From: Promethearchaeota archaeon
GTDB lineage: Archaea > Asgardarchaeota > Lokiarchaeia > Sigyniarchaeales > SOKP01
Length of the DNA: 64,000 nt
Direction: 5' to 3'
Assembly: GCA_048941265.1 (NCBI GenBank)
Contig: JBHLNT010000005.1
Span: 10,701-74,700, forward strand
Shown: positions 51,440 to 62,610 of the stretch, one piece after another
Layout: every line of letters begins with the position of its first letter
How positions within the stretch are numbered: the first letter of the stretch is position 1
Notes under the pieces: generated by a model
The model's database searches: none
Told to the model about the DNA's origin: nothing
What the model saw: only the letters and a program-made list of their open reading frames with translations
Program-made: the position numbers and the translations under genes

Positions 51440-52495
51440 ATGGGAGTAAAGATAAACAAGCTAGTCAAGGAAGTTAGCAGAACGATTACTTTTGAGAATC
51501 TTTTAGGAAAACCTATAGCGATAGATACATTTAATACAATTTATCAATTTTTGGCAATCATACGTCAGAGAGATGGAACACCTCTCAAGGATTATGATGG
51601 AAATATAACCTCTCATCTTTCAGGATTATTTTATAGGACTATAAATTTTTTTGAACATCGTATTAGACCAATCTACGTGTTTGATGGGACTCCATCAGAA
51701 CTTAAATTAGATACTATTAAAGAGAGAAAAAAAATTAAAGAAGAAGCTAAAGAAAAGATGATTAAGGCTCAGGAAGCCGAGGATTTCAGAGAAGCAAGAA
51801 AATTTGCACAACAAACATCCAAATTATCTACAGATATGATAGAAGAGAGCAAAAAATTAATTGAATATATGGGTCTCCCCGTTATTGAAGCCAGCTCTGA
51901 AGGTGAAGCTCAATCAGCGTATTTAGTAGAAAAAGGTGATGCTTGGGCATGTGCATCTCAGGATTATGATACCCTCCTATTTGGTGGAGAACGATTAGTG
52001 AGAAATTTTGCAGTAAGCAGAAGTAAAAAAGTTAAAGATACCACAGTTACTCTCGATATTGAATATGTTTCACTCTCAAAATTATTAGAGAATTTAGAAA
52101 TTTCACGAGAACAATTAATTGAAATGGGAATATTAATTGGGACTGATTTTTTTGAAGGGATCCCAGGAATAGGGCAACATAAGGCTTTAGATCTAATTAA
52201 GAAGTATGGATCTATCCAAAATATAGTGGATAAACGAATAACAGTTGGAAAAACAGAAATTAAAATCGCTCCAGAAATAATTGAGCAAGTAAAAACTATT
52301 TTCTTAAAACCAGAAATTAGAAAAAATTATCCCAAATTAAAGTGGAAAAAAATAGAGTTCGAAAAAATAGAAGATTTATTGATAGAACAGCATAATTTTT
52401 CAAAGCAAAGGGTTGAAAATGCTCTTGACCGTCTAAGAAAATTAGATTCTTCAAAGACTCAAATCTCCCTTGATAGCTTTCTTAAAAAAAATTAG
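51440..52495 (+). CDS. fen: Flap endonuclease 1
   Basis: YQFL..IRQ.DG, EGEAQ, SQDYD, GTDF; C-terminal PIP box Q.SLDSF. Confidence 0.97.
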   Translation: MGVKINKLVKEVSRTITFENLLGKPIAIDTFNTIYQFLAIIRQRDGTPLKDYDGNITSHLSGLFYRTINFFEHRIRPIYVFDGTPSELKLDTIKERKKIKEEAKEKMIKAQEAEDFREARKFAQQTSKLSTDMIEESKKLIEYMGLPVIEASSEGEAQSAYLVEKGDAWACASQDYDTLLFGGERLVRNFAVSRSKKVKDTTVTLDIEYVSLSKLLENLEISREQLIEMGILIGTDFFEGIPGIGQHKALDLIKKYGSIQNIVDKRITVGKTEIKIAPEIIEQVKTIFLKPEIRKNYPKLKWKKIEFEKIEDLLIEQHNFSKQRVENALDRLRKLDSSKTQISLDSFLKKN

Positions 52496-52586
52496 AAGGT
52501 AATTTATAAATTGAAACACAAAAGTTTTTACTAGTTAATTACATTAAATTAATTAAAGAAGTGATTCACCAAAAGAATGATGTAAT

Positions 52587-54815
52587 ATGGCAGAAGGAGA
52601 GACAAATAACATAGATGATAAGGAAAAAAGATTTACGCTCCGAGTCCAAAAAGCGAAGAAAAGGGATATTGGCAGGAATATTATAAGAATCGACCCCAAA
52701 ACGATGGAAGATTTAAATATTCAAACGGGAGATGTAATTGGATTATTTGGTAAAAAAGAAAGTGCGGGGATTGCATGGCCAAGCTATCCTCAAGATAATG
52801 GATTAGGTATTGTACGAATAGATTCGAGATTGAGGAAAAATACAGGTACTTCCATCGACGATACTCTTGAAATCTTTAAGGTTAATGCTAAAGTCGTTCA
52901 AAACATAGTTTTAGCACCCTCAAGTGTGAAAATTAGAACGAATCCTCGATTTGAATCCTTTGTAAAAAGAAAACTAAATAATTATCCGGTTACCATTGAT
53001 GACCTTATTTTAATTTCAATAGGCATAAGTAGAGAAATCACTTTCAAAGTTATAAGTCTTCGACCTAAGGGGATCTGTGTTATAAAGCAAGAATCTGCTT
53101 TACATATAAGTGAGCAGGTTACCGAAGATGAAGAAAAGGGGGCCGGGTATATAACTTATGAGGATGTGGGTGGTTTGGACAGAGAAATACAAAGAGTAAG
53201 AGAAATGGTTGAATTACCACTACGTCATCCTTCAATATTTAAACGGTTAGGTATAGATCCTCCGAAGGGAGTATTATTAAGAGGTCCTCCCGGCTGTGGT
53301 AAAACATTATTAGCGAGAGCAGTTGCTAATGAAAGTGAAGCACATTTTATCTCTATAAATGGTCCAGAAATTATGAGTAAATTTTATGGTGAATCAGAAA
53401 AAAAATTACGAAAAATATTTATAGAAGCGGAAGAAAAGAGTCCTTCAATAGTTTTTATTGATGAAATCGATGCTATTGCGCCAAAAAGAGAGACGGTAAC
53501 AGGCGAAGTTGAGAGAAGAGTCGTAGCACAATTATTAGCATTAATGGATGGATTACATAGTAGAGGGAGAGTTATAGTCATTGGGGCTACCAATAGACCA
53601 AATAGTTTGGATCCCGCTTTAAGGCGTCCTGGAAGATTTGATCGTGAAATTGAAATAAAAGTTCCAAATGAGAAAGGCCGTCGAGAAGTATTTCAAATAC
53701 ATACACGCAACATGCCTCTTGATAAAAATATCTCTTTAAAAGAATTTTCTCAAATAACTCATGGATTCGTAGGAGCTGATATTTCTGCAGTTTGTCGAGA
53801 AGCAGCGATGTCAGCTTTAAGAAGGTATTTACCTAAAATTAATTTAGAATCTGATATGATTGATCCTGACCTTTTGGAACAAATAGTTGTAACTAAAGAA
53901 GATTTTGAGGAGGCATTAAAAGAGGTATTGCCCTCTGGAATTAGAGAAGTGTTTGTTGAAGTCCCCAACGTGAAATGGGAACAGGTTGGGGGTTTAGAAG
54001 ATTTAAAACAAAGATTAATAGAGGCTGTAGAATGGCCTTTATCTAGTCCAAAAGTTTTTAGAAGGATGGGAATAACCCCTCCAAAAGGTATTTTACTTTA
54101 TGGTCCTCCTGGCTGTGGTAAAACACTTCTTGCTAGAGCAGTAGCGACTGAAAGCAAGGCAAATTTTATTTCGATAAAAGGTCCAGAACTCCTATCAAAA
54201 TGGGTAGGAGAAAGTGAGAAAGCTATCCGAGAAGTTTTTCGAAAAGCTAAAATGGCAGCACCATGTATCGTATTTTTCGATGAGTTTGATTCTATTGCTC
54301 CAAGTCGAGGAAGATATGCTTCAAGTACAGGAGTAACAGAAAAAGTCTTATCACAATTCTTAACCGAATTAGATGGGTTAGAAGGTATGAAAGATATTGT
54401 GGTGATTGCTGCAACCAATCGTCCTGATATCTTAGATCCCGCATTAATAAGACCCGGAAGAATAGATCGGATATTATTAGTTCCCGCTCCCGATCAGAAA
54501 ACCCAAATTGAAATATTAAAAATATACACAAAAAATATGCCTTTAGCAACGAATCTAAAAATAGAAGAGATTCATGCGATTATTGACGAAGGATTTTCTG
54601 GGGCTGACATTGAAACCTTGTGCCGGGAGGCGGCTATGAATGCTTTAAGGGAAAATATTCGGGCTAGAAAAATCACTTTCGAGCACTTTAGAGATGCAAG
54701 GAAAGAAATCCATCCCACAATAACTCCTGAAATAGTTAAATGGTACGAAGAATTTGGTGAAAACCTAAGAAGAAGGAGAATTGAAAAGACTAAGGAAGAA
54801 CCTCTATTTATATAA
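52587..54815 (+). CDS. cdc48: Cdc48/VCP AAA+ ATPase
   Basis: N domain plus two GPPGCGKT AAA modules. Confidence 0.97.
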   Translation: MAEGETNNIDDKEKRFTLRVQKAKKRDIGRNIIRIDPKTMEDLNIQTGDVIGLFGKKESAGIAWPSYPQDNGLGIVRIDSRLRKNTGTSIDDTLEIFKVNAKVVQNIVLAPSSVKIRTNPRFESFVKRKLNNYPVTIDDLILISIGISREITFKVISLRPKGICVIKQESALHISEQVTEDEEKGAGYITYEDVGGLDREIQRVREMVELPLRHPSIFKRLGIDPPKGVLLRGPPGCGKTLLARAVANESEAHFISINGPEIMSKFYGESEKKLRKIFIEAEEKSPSIVFIDEIDAIAPKRETVTGEVERRVVAQLLALMDGLHSRGRVIVIGATNRPNSLDPALRRPGRFDREIEIKVPNEKGRREVFQIHTRNMPLDKNISLKEFSQITHGFVGADISAVCREAAMSALRRYLPKINLESDMIDPDLLEQIVVTKEDFEEALKEVLPSGIREVFVEVPNVKWEQVGGLEDLKQRLIEAVEWPLSSPKVFRRMGITPPKGILLYGPPGCGKTLLARAVATESKANFISIKGPELLSKWVGESEKAIREVFRKAKMAAPCIVFFDEFDSIAPSRGRYASSTGVTEKVLSQFLTELDGLEGMKDIVVIAATNRPDILDPALIRPGRIDRILLVPAPDQKTQIEILKIYTKNMPLATNLKIEEIHAIIDEGFSGADIETLCREAAMNALRENIRARKITFEHFRDARKEIHPTITPEIVKWYEEFGENLRRRRIEKTKEEPLFI

Positions 54816-54834
54816 TATTAAAAATATTAATTAT

Positions 54835-54874
54835 AAAGAAAATATTACACGTCATAGCAGATATTTTCTTTTTT
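54835..54874 (+). terminator. Inverted repeat followed by a T-run downstream of cdc48
   Basis: AAAGAAAATAT (54835-45) / ATATTTTCTTT (54861-71), then TTT. Confidence 0.5.
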
Positions 54875-54926
54875 ATTTTCACAAATATTTTATAATAAAA
54901 CAATTAAATTAAACCAAATAGGTGAA

Positions 54927-55205
54927 ATACGTATAGAATCACATCGTTGGAATCAAAAGCCGATTTTAAACTCAATTATCGAAATTCTGGTAAAAAATAA
55001 AGGAGAGATAATGGACAAGAGAATTGAAGAATTACTTAAAAAAGAATTTCCTTTTGTTAATTCATTGTATTTAGAAGAACTTTTTATGAAATTAGAATCA
55101 ATGAACATTATCAATGTATTTAGAGTTTCTAAAACAAAAAAGATGATTGTTCTTAATAAACACAATGAATTAATTAGTGAAAAAATTATGGAAGGCCTAC
55201 ATTAG
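54927..55205 (+). CDS. Small hypothetical (probable winged-helix) protein; start uncertain
   Basis: Frame is open upstream of ATG 55011 (…HRWNQKPILNSIIEILVKNKGEIMDK…); GGTGA at 54921. Confidence 0.6.
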   Translation: MRIESHRWNQKPILNSIIEILVKNKGEIMDKRIEELLKKEFPFVNSLYLEELFMKLESMNIINVFRVSKTKKMIVLNKHNELISEKIMEGLH

Positions 55206-56722
55206 CTTTTTTTTCCCCATTTTAAGCAGATATCGGTAAGAGATAAGTTTTCAATCTTCGATTTAAATTTTCTCTCTCTAATATCGATGAAAATAGGGTA
55301 ATTAACGGCATTTCCGATCAATAACATCTCACCTACTCCTAAACTCGAGATCATATCGGCATATTCTTTGGATATTGCTTCAGAACTATCCATTAAATGT
55401 TTTAAATCATAAGGATTTTTTATATTTAAAATCATTTTTGAATTTAATTGAGACAAAACAGTGGCGCTTAATTTTTTTGGTCGCTGTGAAATTAAACACA
55501 AGCACGCCATAAATTTTCTACCCTCTCTAGCGATAGTTTCTATTATTGATTTAGATATCGCCTTGGAGTGTGCCGCCTCTGGGCAGAATTGATGAGCTTC
55601 TTCAATAATTAATAAGAAAGGGGGAAGATTTTCAGTTCTCCTCAGATAAAATAAACGATTACAAAGATAGTCGATGATAATTTGTTTTTTTCTTATACTA
55701 ATCTCATTTGCTAGGTTAAATATCGTAATTTGGTTTTGATTGACGATATTGGGGATTAAAGGATTTTCTTGGGGTCCAAATAACGTTAAATGATTTAAAT
55801 CAGATAACCAACCAATTAAGGCTTGTTTAGTACTTTTACTTCCCTCAGAATCATTTTCAATAAAGTCAATTATATCTTGTAAGGTGAAAGTCCCGTTTTT
55901 CCCTTTATCTTTTTTCAGGTTTTGAATATATTTAGAAAGTTCTCTAACCTGAACATTGGAGATCTGGTCTTGATACTTTCTAAACCACCATGCATTTAAA
56001 TTAGGAACAGATATTTGAAAATAAGAAACATCTTGTATTGATACCTTATCTTTAATTTGAGGTACATCTTTTAGATATAAATATTCCCCATGAACATCAA
56101 TCAAAATGATAGCAGGATTACCGTAGGAAGCATCTCTTGTTAATAGTTCTTCAATAAGGATAGATGTAAGATAACTTTTACCCCCTCCTGAAATTGAGAG
56201 GATTGCAAAGTGTTTATTTAGTAAACGATCCATGTTAACTTTTGCATTGAAATAAGAAACTTTAATCTGACCTAAATGTAAGCCCCGTTCAATATCTAGT
56301 CCAATAAATTGGTTAAAAATATTTTCTTCTAATAAATACACATCTGCTCCTGGATTTGCGGGATATGACATTCGTCTAATTGTTTTAATCTCCGTATCAT
56401 CCCCATTTTTAAACTGAATTATACCTAAACATTTCACAATTGCCGTAGCAAATTCAAAATCGTCACTTGGAAATAATCCCTTTAAAATATTAGGATTATT
56501 ATTGCTATTATATGATTTTATAGTTAAAGCATCGGAAAAATATTCATTTAACAATATGATTTGTTCAATAATGCCTATTAAATACCCTTCATTTGATCTG
56601 GTATAGACAAATAATCCCTTTTTTACAAGAAGTCCATCTCTTCTTTTATTAATCACAAAGGGAAATTTTGATACATCAGGTAATTGATTAAAATTAAAAA
56701 TAGTGCCAATTTTAGAAGACAT
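55202..56722 (-). CDS. HerA-like (DUF87) ATPase
   Basis: HFAILSISGGGKSY, DVHGEY, EEAHQF, REGRKF, SQRP. Confidence 0.9.
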   Translation of the reverse strand: MSSKIGTIFNFNQLPDVSKFPFVINKRRDGLLVKKGLFVYTRSNEGYLIGIIEQIILLNEYFSDALTIKSYNSNNNPNILKGLFPSDDFEFATAIVKCLGIIQFKNGDDTEIKTIRRMSYPANPGADVYLLEENIFNQFIGLDIERGLHLGQIKVSYFNAKVNMDRLLNKHFAILSISGGGKSYLTSILIEELLTRDASYGNPAIILIDVHGEYLYLKDVPQIKDKVSIQDVSYFQISVPNLNAWWFRKYQDQISNVQVRELSKYIQNLKKDKGKNGTFTLQDIIDFIENDSEGSKSTKQALIGWLSDLNHLTLFGPQENPLIPNIVNQNQITIFNLANEISIRKKQIIIDYLCNRLFYLRRTENLPPFLLIIEEAHQFCPEAAHSKAISKSIIETIAREGRKFMACLCLISQRPKKLSATVLSQLNSKMILNIKNPYDLKHLMDSSEAISKEYADMISSLGVGEMLLIGNAVNYPIFIDIRERKFKSKIENLSLTDICLKWGKKS

Positions 56723-56850
56723 TATAATCTGAAAACTTAAAAAATATTAATTCAATCTATTTGAGTTAAAATAAAAAAAAGATTGAATTTAAAGAACATA
56801 GGAGTAAAGATTTTTTGATGTGTATTAGAAAAAATAAAATGGTGATCGAT

Positions 56851-57441
56851 TTAATCTTCTTCCTCTAAATCTTTTATCAGGCGAAGGATCAAGTAATATC
56901 CATTATACCACAAGTAATTTAGAAAAAAGATAAGCCCTATAATTAATAGCATCAACATACCGATAGTTAAAACTACTTGGCCTTGAGACATGTTTGCAAA
57001 AATCGTGCTAAGGGTTAACCTATCTCCACTTGAAGGACGTGTAAAGAGATCATAAATAAAGGCAGCTAAAATACCTATAATTATGGCAAAAATACTTAGC
57101 ATCAAAGCTCCTGCAGCTATTTTTACTCCGATTCTATTTCTGTATTTATCATTGAATAGTTTTTTCCTAAAAATATTTTTTAAGATCAATGATCTTCCCT
57201 TTTTAGACAACCCATAAAAGTACACTACTAAGAAGAATAATCCTGCTAATAATGTTCCAATGATAGCTATTTGGTAACCAAAATTCAAGCTTAGAAAGAG
57301 CTCCGTTTTTCCCGTTTCCATAATGAGGTCTGCAATTGTGTATACAATCCCTCCGATAATAACAATTATAGTTAGTGATATTGCAATATAGAAAATGGTT
57401 GCAATTAATTTTTGTTTTTTTGAAAAGTGAATTTCATTCAT
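56851..57441 (-). CDS. Hypothetical 4-TM membrane protein with internal duplication
   Basis: Two similar TM hairpins; likely ATG at 57441. Confidence 0.7.
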   Translation of the reverse strand: MNEIHFSKKQKLIATIFYIAISLTIIVIIGGIVYTIADLIMETGKTELFLSLNFGYQIAIIGTLLAGLFFLVVYFYGLSKKGRSLILKNIFRKKLFNDKYRNRIGVKIAAGALMLSIFAIIIGILAAFIYDLFTRPSSGDRLTLSTIFANMSQGQVVLTIGMLMLLIIGLIFFLNYLWYNGYYLILRLIKDLEEED

Positions 57442-57660
57442 AAATCTCTCAAAATTATGTGTTTTTTTAATATGTTGTTTGAATAAAAGAATACCCATTA
57501 AGATATATAAAATTGATTGTATACATTCTAATAAATTTTGCCTTTTGTAAGCAATAAAATGAAGTGTTCAATAGGGGGAAGGGATAATAAATAAAAGATA
57601 TAGCTAATAGAGAAATTACCAGCTAAATGATATAATAAGTATTAAAAAAAAGAGGTATTA

Positions 57661-59193
57661 TTAAGATTCTTTTATCTGATTTAAGTCGTTAAAATTCTTA
57701 TACATATTTTTACTAGATAACAAATTATACAAATCATAGGAAAATTTGTAAATTCCATTATAAAATTGATTATTAGTTTCATTAGGTACCCACTTTTTAT
57801 CGACTTTACATAAATTTTCCGCAGCTTTTGCCACATCTGGGAAAATTCCTGCTCCCGAAGCTGCTAATATTGCAGCTCCTAATGAAGTTGCTTCTTCAAT
57901 AACATTTCTGACACAAGTAATTCCTAAAACATCCGCATAAATTTGATTCCAGAAATCAGAACGAGAACCTCCACCAGTAAGTAATAATTCTCTTGGTTGG
58001 ATCCCTATTTCCTTAAAAACTTCAATATTTTTCTTGACTTCAAAAGCAACGCCTTCGAGTACTGCACGATAAAGATCTCGCCGCTTATGACCTAGTGATA
58101 ATCCATATAAAATACCTCTTGCAAAGGGATTCCAATGTGGTGCCCCTGCACCAATTAAATGTGGAATTAAAATTAAGCCATTTGCCCCAATAGGAGATTT
58201 TTCAGCTTCAGCTGTCATAATATCGTAAGGATCTTGCCCTTCTGTTGCAGTCATACACTCCGACTTCCCAATTTGATCTCTAAACCATCTTAATGTCGCT
58301 CCTGAAGTGAATATACTAGCTTCTTGAACCCATACCCCAGGAATCGCATGGCAACTACATAAAACTCTTTTCTCAGGATCAAATTTTGGCTGGTTTAAAT
58401 AAGCAAGTATGAAACTACCCGTTCCCGTTGTACATTTTATTTCACCAGGAGAGACGACACCTACACCTAATGCTGCAGATTGTTGATCCCCGGCACCAGA
58501 GACTACCAAGGTCTTCCTATCAAAATCCGTCTCTTCAGTGACTATTTCACCAATATCTACCCCACTTTCAATTGGTTCGGGCATTTTATCCAAATCAAGG
58601 CCCATATCTGAGGCAATATCTTCAGAATATTTTAAGTTATTAATATCAAATAACATCGTTCTACTTAGATTACTATGATCGCTTACAAATTTACCTGTTA
58701 GCTTATAAATAATATAATCAGCGACTAATAGAAATTTATGAGTTTTATTATAGATATTTGGTCTCTTATCTTTAAACCAGAGGATTTTCGTGGCTGAAAA
58801 ATAAGGATCTATGGTTAAACCAGTCGTTTTATATATTTTATCTGCTCCTATCTTATTTTTTATAAATTCAACTTGGTCTATGGTCCGTCTATCCTGCCAT
58901 ACTAAAGCATTATGGAGTGGATTACCCTCTATATCTACAGGAACAATTGTCTCTCTCTGATTTGTAACCGATAATGAAACAATTTCACTTTTATCGATAC
59001 CGCTTTTCTTAATGGCTGCTTCTATTGTTTTTTTAATAGAATCCCACCATGAATTTGCATCTTGCTCTACGTAAGATGGGGTTGGGTAAAAACTTTCCCA
59101 TTCTTGATAATCACTTGCGATAATAGTCCCATCTAAGTCGAAAATGTAAGTCCGACAGCCGGTTGTACCCAAATCAAGAGCTGCAATAAACAT
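57661..59193 (-). CDS. FGGY family sugar kinase (xylulokinase/glycerol kinase-like)
   Basis: DLGTT, TNQRET, WQDRR, GDQQ, TGT, GGGS. Confidence 0.93.
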   Translation of the reverse strand: MFIAALDLGTTGCRTYIFDLDGTIIASDYQEWESFYPTPSYVEQDANSWWDSIKKTIEAAIKKSGIDKSEIVSLSVTNQRETIVPVDIEGNPLHNALVWQDRRTIDQVEFIKNKIGADKIYKTTGLTIDPYFSATKILWFKDKRPNIYNKTHKFLLVADYIIYKLTGKFVSDHSNLSRTMLFDINNLKYSEDIASDMGLDLDKMPEPIESGVDIGEIVTEETDFDRKTLVVSGAGDQQSAALGVGVVSPGEIKCTTGTGSFILAYLNQPKFDPEKRVLCSCHAIPGVWVQEASIFTSGATLRWFRDQIGKSECMTATEGQDPYDIMTAEAEKSPIGANGLILIPHLIGAGAPHWNPFARGILYGLSLGHKRRDLYRAVLEGVAFEVKKNIEVFKEIGIQPRELLLTGGGSRSDFWNQIYADVLGITCVRNVIEEATSLGAAILAASGAGIFPDVAKAAENLCKVDKKWVPNETNNQFYNGIYKFSYDLYNLLSSKNMYKNFNDLNQIKES

Positions 59194-59282
59194 ATTTGTA
59201 TCTCTTTTTATTTTTTAATTTTATAAAAATAATTTTTGATGTTATAAAAATCATTATTAAGCTTTTTAAGTTTTAAATATAT

Positions 59283-59996
59283 TTATTTCGTTTTCTCATA
59301 CCCACATTGAGGACATACTAGTTTGCCAAATCCAACCTTATAATCCTTTATTTCTGACATAAATGAATTACAAATTGGACATCTAGGATCAAAAGAAGGA
59401 TACCACACTCCTTGTATATTTGGAACATTTTTTAAAGCTCTGAGATAATCTAATTTTTTTTGATAATTTTTATCGGCGTGAAAAAGCTGTTGTTCCTCGG
59501 CAATTGATTTCCCTTTTGGTCCTAGGACCATCAAAAATTTAATTTTTGAAGGATTATTTAAGAGCGAGAGTGTTCGTACTATGGCCTCTTTTCCATGATC
59601 AGAAAATAGTTTTGATAATTCTGGTGGAGCTAATCCAACTAATATACCTTGTTCTTCAACTTTCTGAAACAAAAATTGAAATATTCTCCTTTGATAATCA
59701 AAAGCCCACACAAAATTCCAGTTAGATATGTCATAATCCTCATTTTTAGGTCCAACAATTCTCTTAATACTCTGAATCCACCCATAATGATTATATTCTA
59801 GTATTTTTGAGTTCAAATCATCAAAAAATGATGGCTCAATGACGGGATATTTCTTGATGATACTCTTTAAAGATAAAACTCTTATCTGGGTTAGCTCATT
59901 TAAATTTAGATTATCCCAGGGTGTTTCAGTATATACCAAAAAAAAATCTGTCATCATATTAGATAAGTATTTTGTTAAGATAAATTCATTTAACAT
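59283..59996 (-). CDS. Hypothetical protein with C-terminal zinc ribbon
   Basis: CPIC...CPQCG. Confidence 0.7.
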   Translation of the reverse strand: MLNEFILTKYLSNMMTDFFLVYTETPWDNLNLNELTQIRVLSLKSIIKKYPVIEPSFFDDLNSKILEYNHYGWIQSIKRIVGPKNEDYDISNWNFVWAFDYQRRIFQFLFQKVEEQGILVGLAPPELSKLFSDHGKEAIVRTLSLLNNPSKIKFLMVLGPKGKSIAEEQQLFHADKNYQKKLDYLRALKNVPNIQGVWYPSFDPRCPICNSFMSEIKDYKVGFGKLVCPQCGYEKTK

Positions 59997-60001
59997 ATAA
60001 A

Positions 60002-61222
60002 TTATTTAAAAAATTGATTAATCCGAAATTTATCAGAAATTACAACATCAATAAATATAATTTGAAGTTTTTTAGTAATTCCTAGTTCATTCATGAGGTT
60101 TTTTCCAATATTCATAATTTCATTCTTAATCGACTTATGAGCATTAACAATAATTATATAATTATTAAAAGAATTCCATCCTTGTTTTTCTTTTAAATAA
60201 TATTGAATGGCATTTTCTTCAAATTTAGCTTTGAACTCTTTAATTATGTTTTCATGGTTTATCTTGTCATCTTCAAATAAGAGATAATCTAAAATAATCT
60301 TTGAATTCGCCTTATCCTTTAATATTACGATACCTTTCTGTTTTTGTGTTTCAAAATCAAATTTTATTTCTTCATTTAATCCTTTTTGATAAAACCTGAA
60401 TAACAAATATTGGAAATCTTTAAACAAACCTTCTTTAGCCTCTAGTATTTTATTCTCTATGACTTTCTTGAAATCTTCGTTTATCTCATAGCCTATACCT
60501 TTCCTAAATAGGGACTTTGCGACTTTTAGAGATGTTCCGCTACCCACGAACGGATCTAAGATGGTATCTCCTATAAATGAAAACATTCGAATGATCCTAT
60601 AGGGTAAGTCTTCTGGAAACATCGCAATATGTTCTCTTTGTATTATTCCTGGAAATCTCCAATGACCAGTATACCATTTTTTCCATTCGCTCAGTGATAT
60701 CTTAGACAATTCTTTAATTTGGAGAGCTGAACGCCTCTTTTTGCCCTCATATTTTTTGAAAATGAGAATATGTTCATAATCGTAAGTCAATAATCCATTT
60801 CTAGGATAATAAATAGAGCCCATTAAAGAGCAACCACCAGTAGTATTAGTAGTGCTGATTTTTTGCCAAATGATATCGCCTAAAAAGTCAAAACCTAAAT
60901 TCACACAGTCCATTACTATTCTGCTGGCTATTGAGAGGATTCTATACCGACCATAGTGTGTAGTCCTTAAATATTGATCGCCTACATTAATTACCATTCG
61001 GCACTTTGGTTCCAAAACACGATAGCATTCTTTCCAAACGCTCTTTAATCTTTTAAAATAGTCATCAAAAGAATCAAAAAACCCTATTTGATCATCTAGT
61101 CCATAATTCTTAATTTTACCGTAGGGAGGGGATGTAACGATTAATTGGATTGAATTTTTTTCCAATTCTTCCATGTTTTCAGAAGATTTATAATAAATAA
61201 GAGGTTCTGTGATTTGAAACAA
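60002..61222 (-). CDS. Beta-class N4/N6 DNA methyltransferase with extra C-terminal domain
   Basis: VTSPPY precedes DPFVGSGT; H.A.FP. Confidence 0.92.
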   Translation of the reverse strand: MFQITEPLIYYKSSENMEELEKNSIQLIVTSPPYGKIKNYGLDDQIGFFDSFDDYFKRLKSVWKECYRVLEPKCRMVINVGDQYLRTTHYGRYRILSIASRIVMDCVNLGFDFLGDIIWQKISTTNTTGGCSLMGSIYYPRNGLLTYDYEHILIFKKYEGKKRRSALQIKELSKISLSEWKKWYTGHWRFPGIIQREHIAMFPEDLPYRIIRMFSFIGDTILDPFVGSGTSLKVAKSLFRKGIGYEINEDFKKVIENKILEAKEGLFKDFQYLLFRFYQKGLNEEIKFDFETQKQKGIVILKDKANSKIILDYLLFEDDKINHENIIKEFKAKFEENAIQYYLKEKQGWNSFNNYIIIVNAHKSIKNEIMNIGKNLMNELGITKKLQIIFIDVVISDKFRINQFFK

Positions 61223-61378
61223 TTTTATACTAACTATTTTATAATTCTATTTACTCTTTAATTAGTATCGCTCTAATTAATTTTTTTATATTATCATGTT
61301 GATTTAAATTATAAAAAATAGATTTAAAAGCCAAATTCGTTTTTTTCTGATTAGAGAGAAATTGAGCTAGATAGTTTT

Positions 61379-62527
61379 ATGAATGGAATATGGGACATCA
61401 CAGCCGATGCTATGTCAAAAGGAGATAACTTGAGAGATGTTTCGCCGTTAATGAATAAAACTTGGGAAGATCAGGATGGTTATACTCACTATATTTTTAG
61501 TAAAGTTATGTTTAATAATAAATGGTATGATATCCCATATGAGGATTATGAATTATTTGAAAAATTTGTTGAGGGTGGATCCCGGGAATATCCCTCTGAT
61601 GGAAGTATTCCCTGTGATATTGTAGCTGGTGAAGCAAGAAAAGTTCTTAATGAATTAGTAGCCTGTTCCAATGATCCAAATCACTTCTACTGTGATGATG
61701 CCCGTGATGCACTAAAACATGGCAAATTTGCATTGGTGAGGGGCACTCTAAAACTGTATTTAGGGAAATATACCACGAGAGACTGGAGAAGAAAAAGGTT
61801 TACTGACGATATTGATTTTTGGACATTTCAAACATCACTATTAGATTCTACGCTTAAAACTTGTAGTTTTATAAAGAATCAAGATAAAGAATGGGAGAAA
61901 AAGGTTAAATGGGTTAATCCTGATAATAAAGAAATTAGAAGTGATGTTCTATTTGCTGCGAACAATTTAAATCAATTACTAGATTTCGGCGCAGGAGCAT
62001 ATCTTGAAGGTTCGAGTCTAAAAGAAATTTTCGCTAAAAAAATAAAAAGAGGCCATGAAGTAGATATCAGCGATATTATAAATGTAGCAATGGTTAACGA
62101 TGGAATTACCGGAAAGCATAAAGATGAATGGTTACAAGCATGGTCAGCTTTCGAGGAGGCTGCAAATACAAGAAATTCAAGAACAACTTCTAACTTAATT
62201 AGTTTATGCCGATACTCACTTACAATTGCAGACCATCTCGAGAGGGTAAGTAAAGCATTAATAAAGTATAATGACTTAATATTTGATAAAAAAAAATATC
62301 CAGATGAGAGATTAAAGTGGATATGTAGAACTTCTATTCATTGGGAAGCATTTCTCGAAAAGAATGGAGCGGATGAGACAAGAAAAATGCTCCATGATTT
62401 TTATCATCAAGAAGCCGAGGAAAAACCGATTCATGCTGCTAATCTTAGGAACTTTGCTTATAAAATATTAGAACTACTTAATTCAAAATATAATTATTTA
62501 AAAATTAAATTTGAAATTGAAGATTAG
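61379..62527 (+). CDS. Hypothetical protein, possible nucleotidyltransferase fold
   Basis: RGTL..Y...RFTDDIDF and KKIKRGHEVDISD. Confidence 0.55.
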   Translation: MNGIWDITADAMSKGDNLRDVSPLMNKTWEDQDGYTHYIFSKVMFNNKWYDIPYEDYELFEKFVEGGSREYPSDGSIPCDIVAGEARKVLNELVACSNDPNHFYCDDARDALKHGKFALVRGTLKLYLGKYTTRDWRRKRFTDDIDFWTFQTSLLDSTLKTCSFIKNQDKEWEKKVKWVNPDNKEIRSDVLFAANNLNQLLDFGAGAYLEGSSLKEIFAKKIKRGHEVDISDIINVAMVNDGITGKHKDEWLQAWSAFEEAANTRNSRTTSNLISLCRYSLTIADHLERVSKALIKYNDLIFDKKKYPDERLKWICRTSIHWEAFLEKNGADETRKMLHDFYHQEAEEKPIHAANLRNFAYKILELLNSKYNYLKIKFEIED

Positions 62528-62610
62528 TTTCGCATTAAAAATAATATTATACTTATTTTTCATATTTTATAGCCCTAACTTTTAATAATTAAAATATCAT
62601 TGTTTTTATC

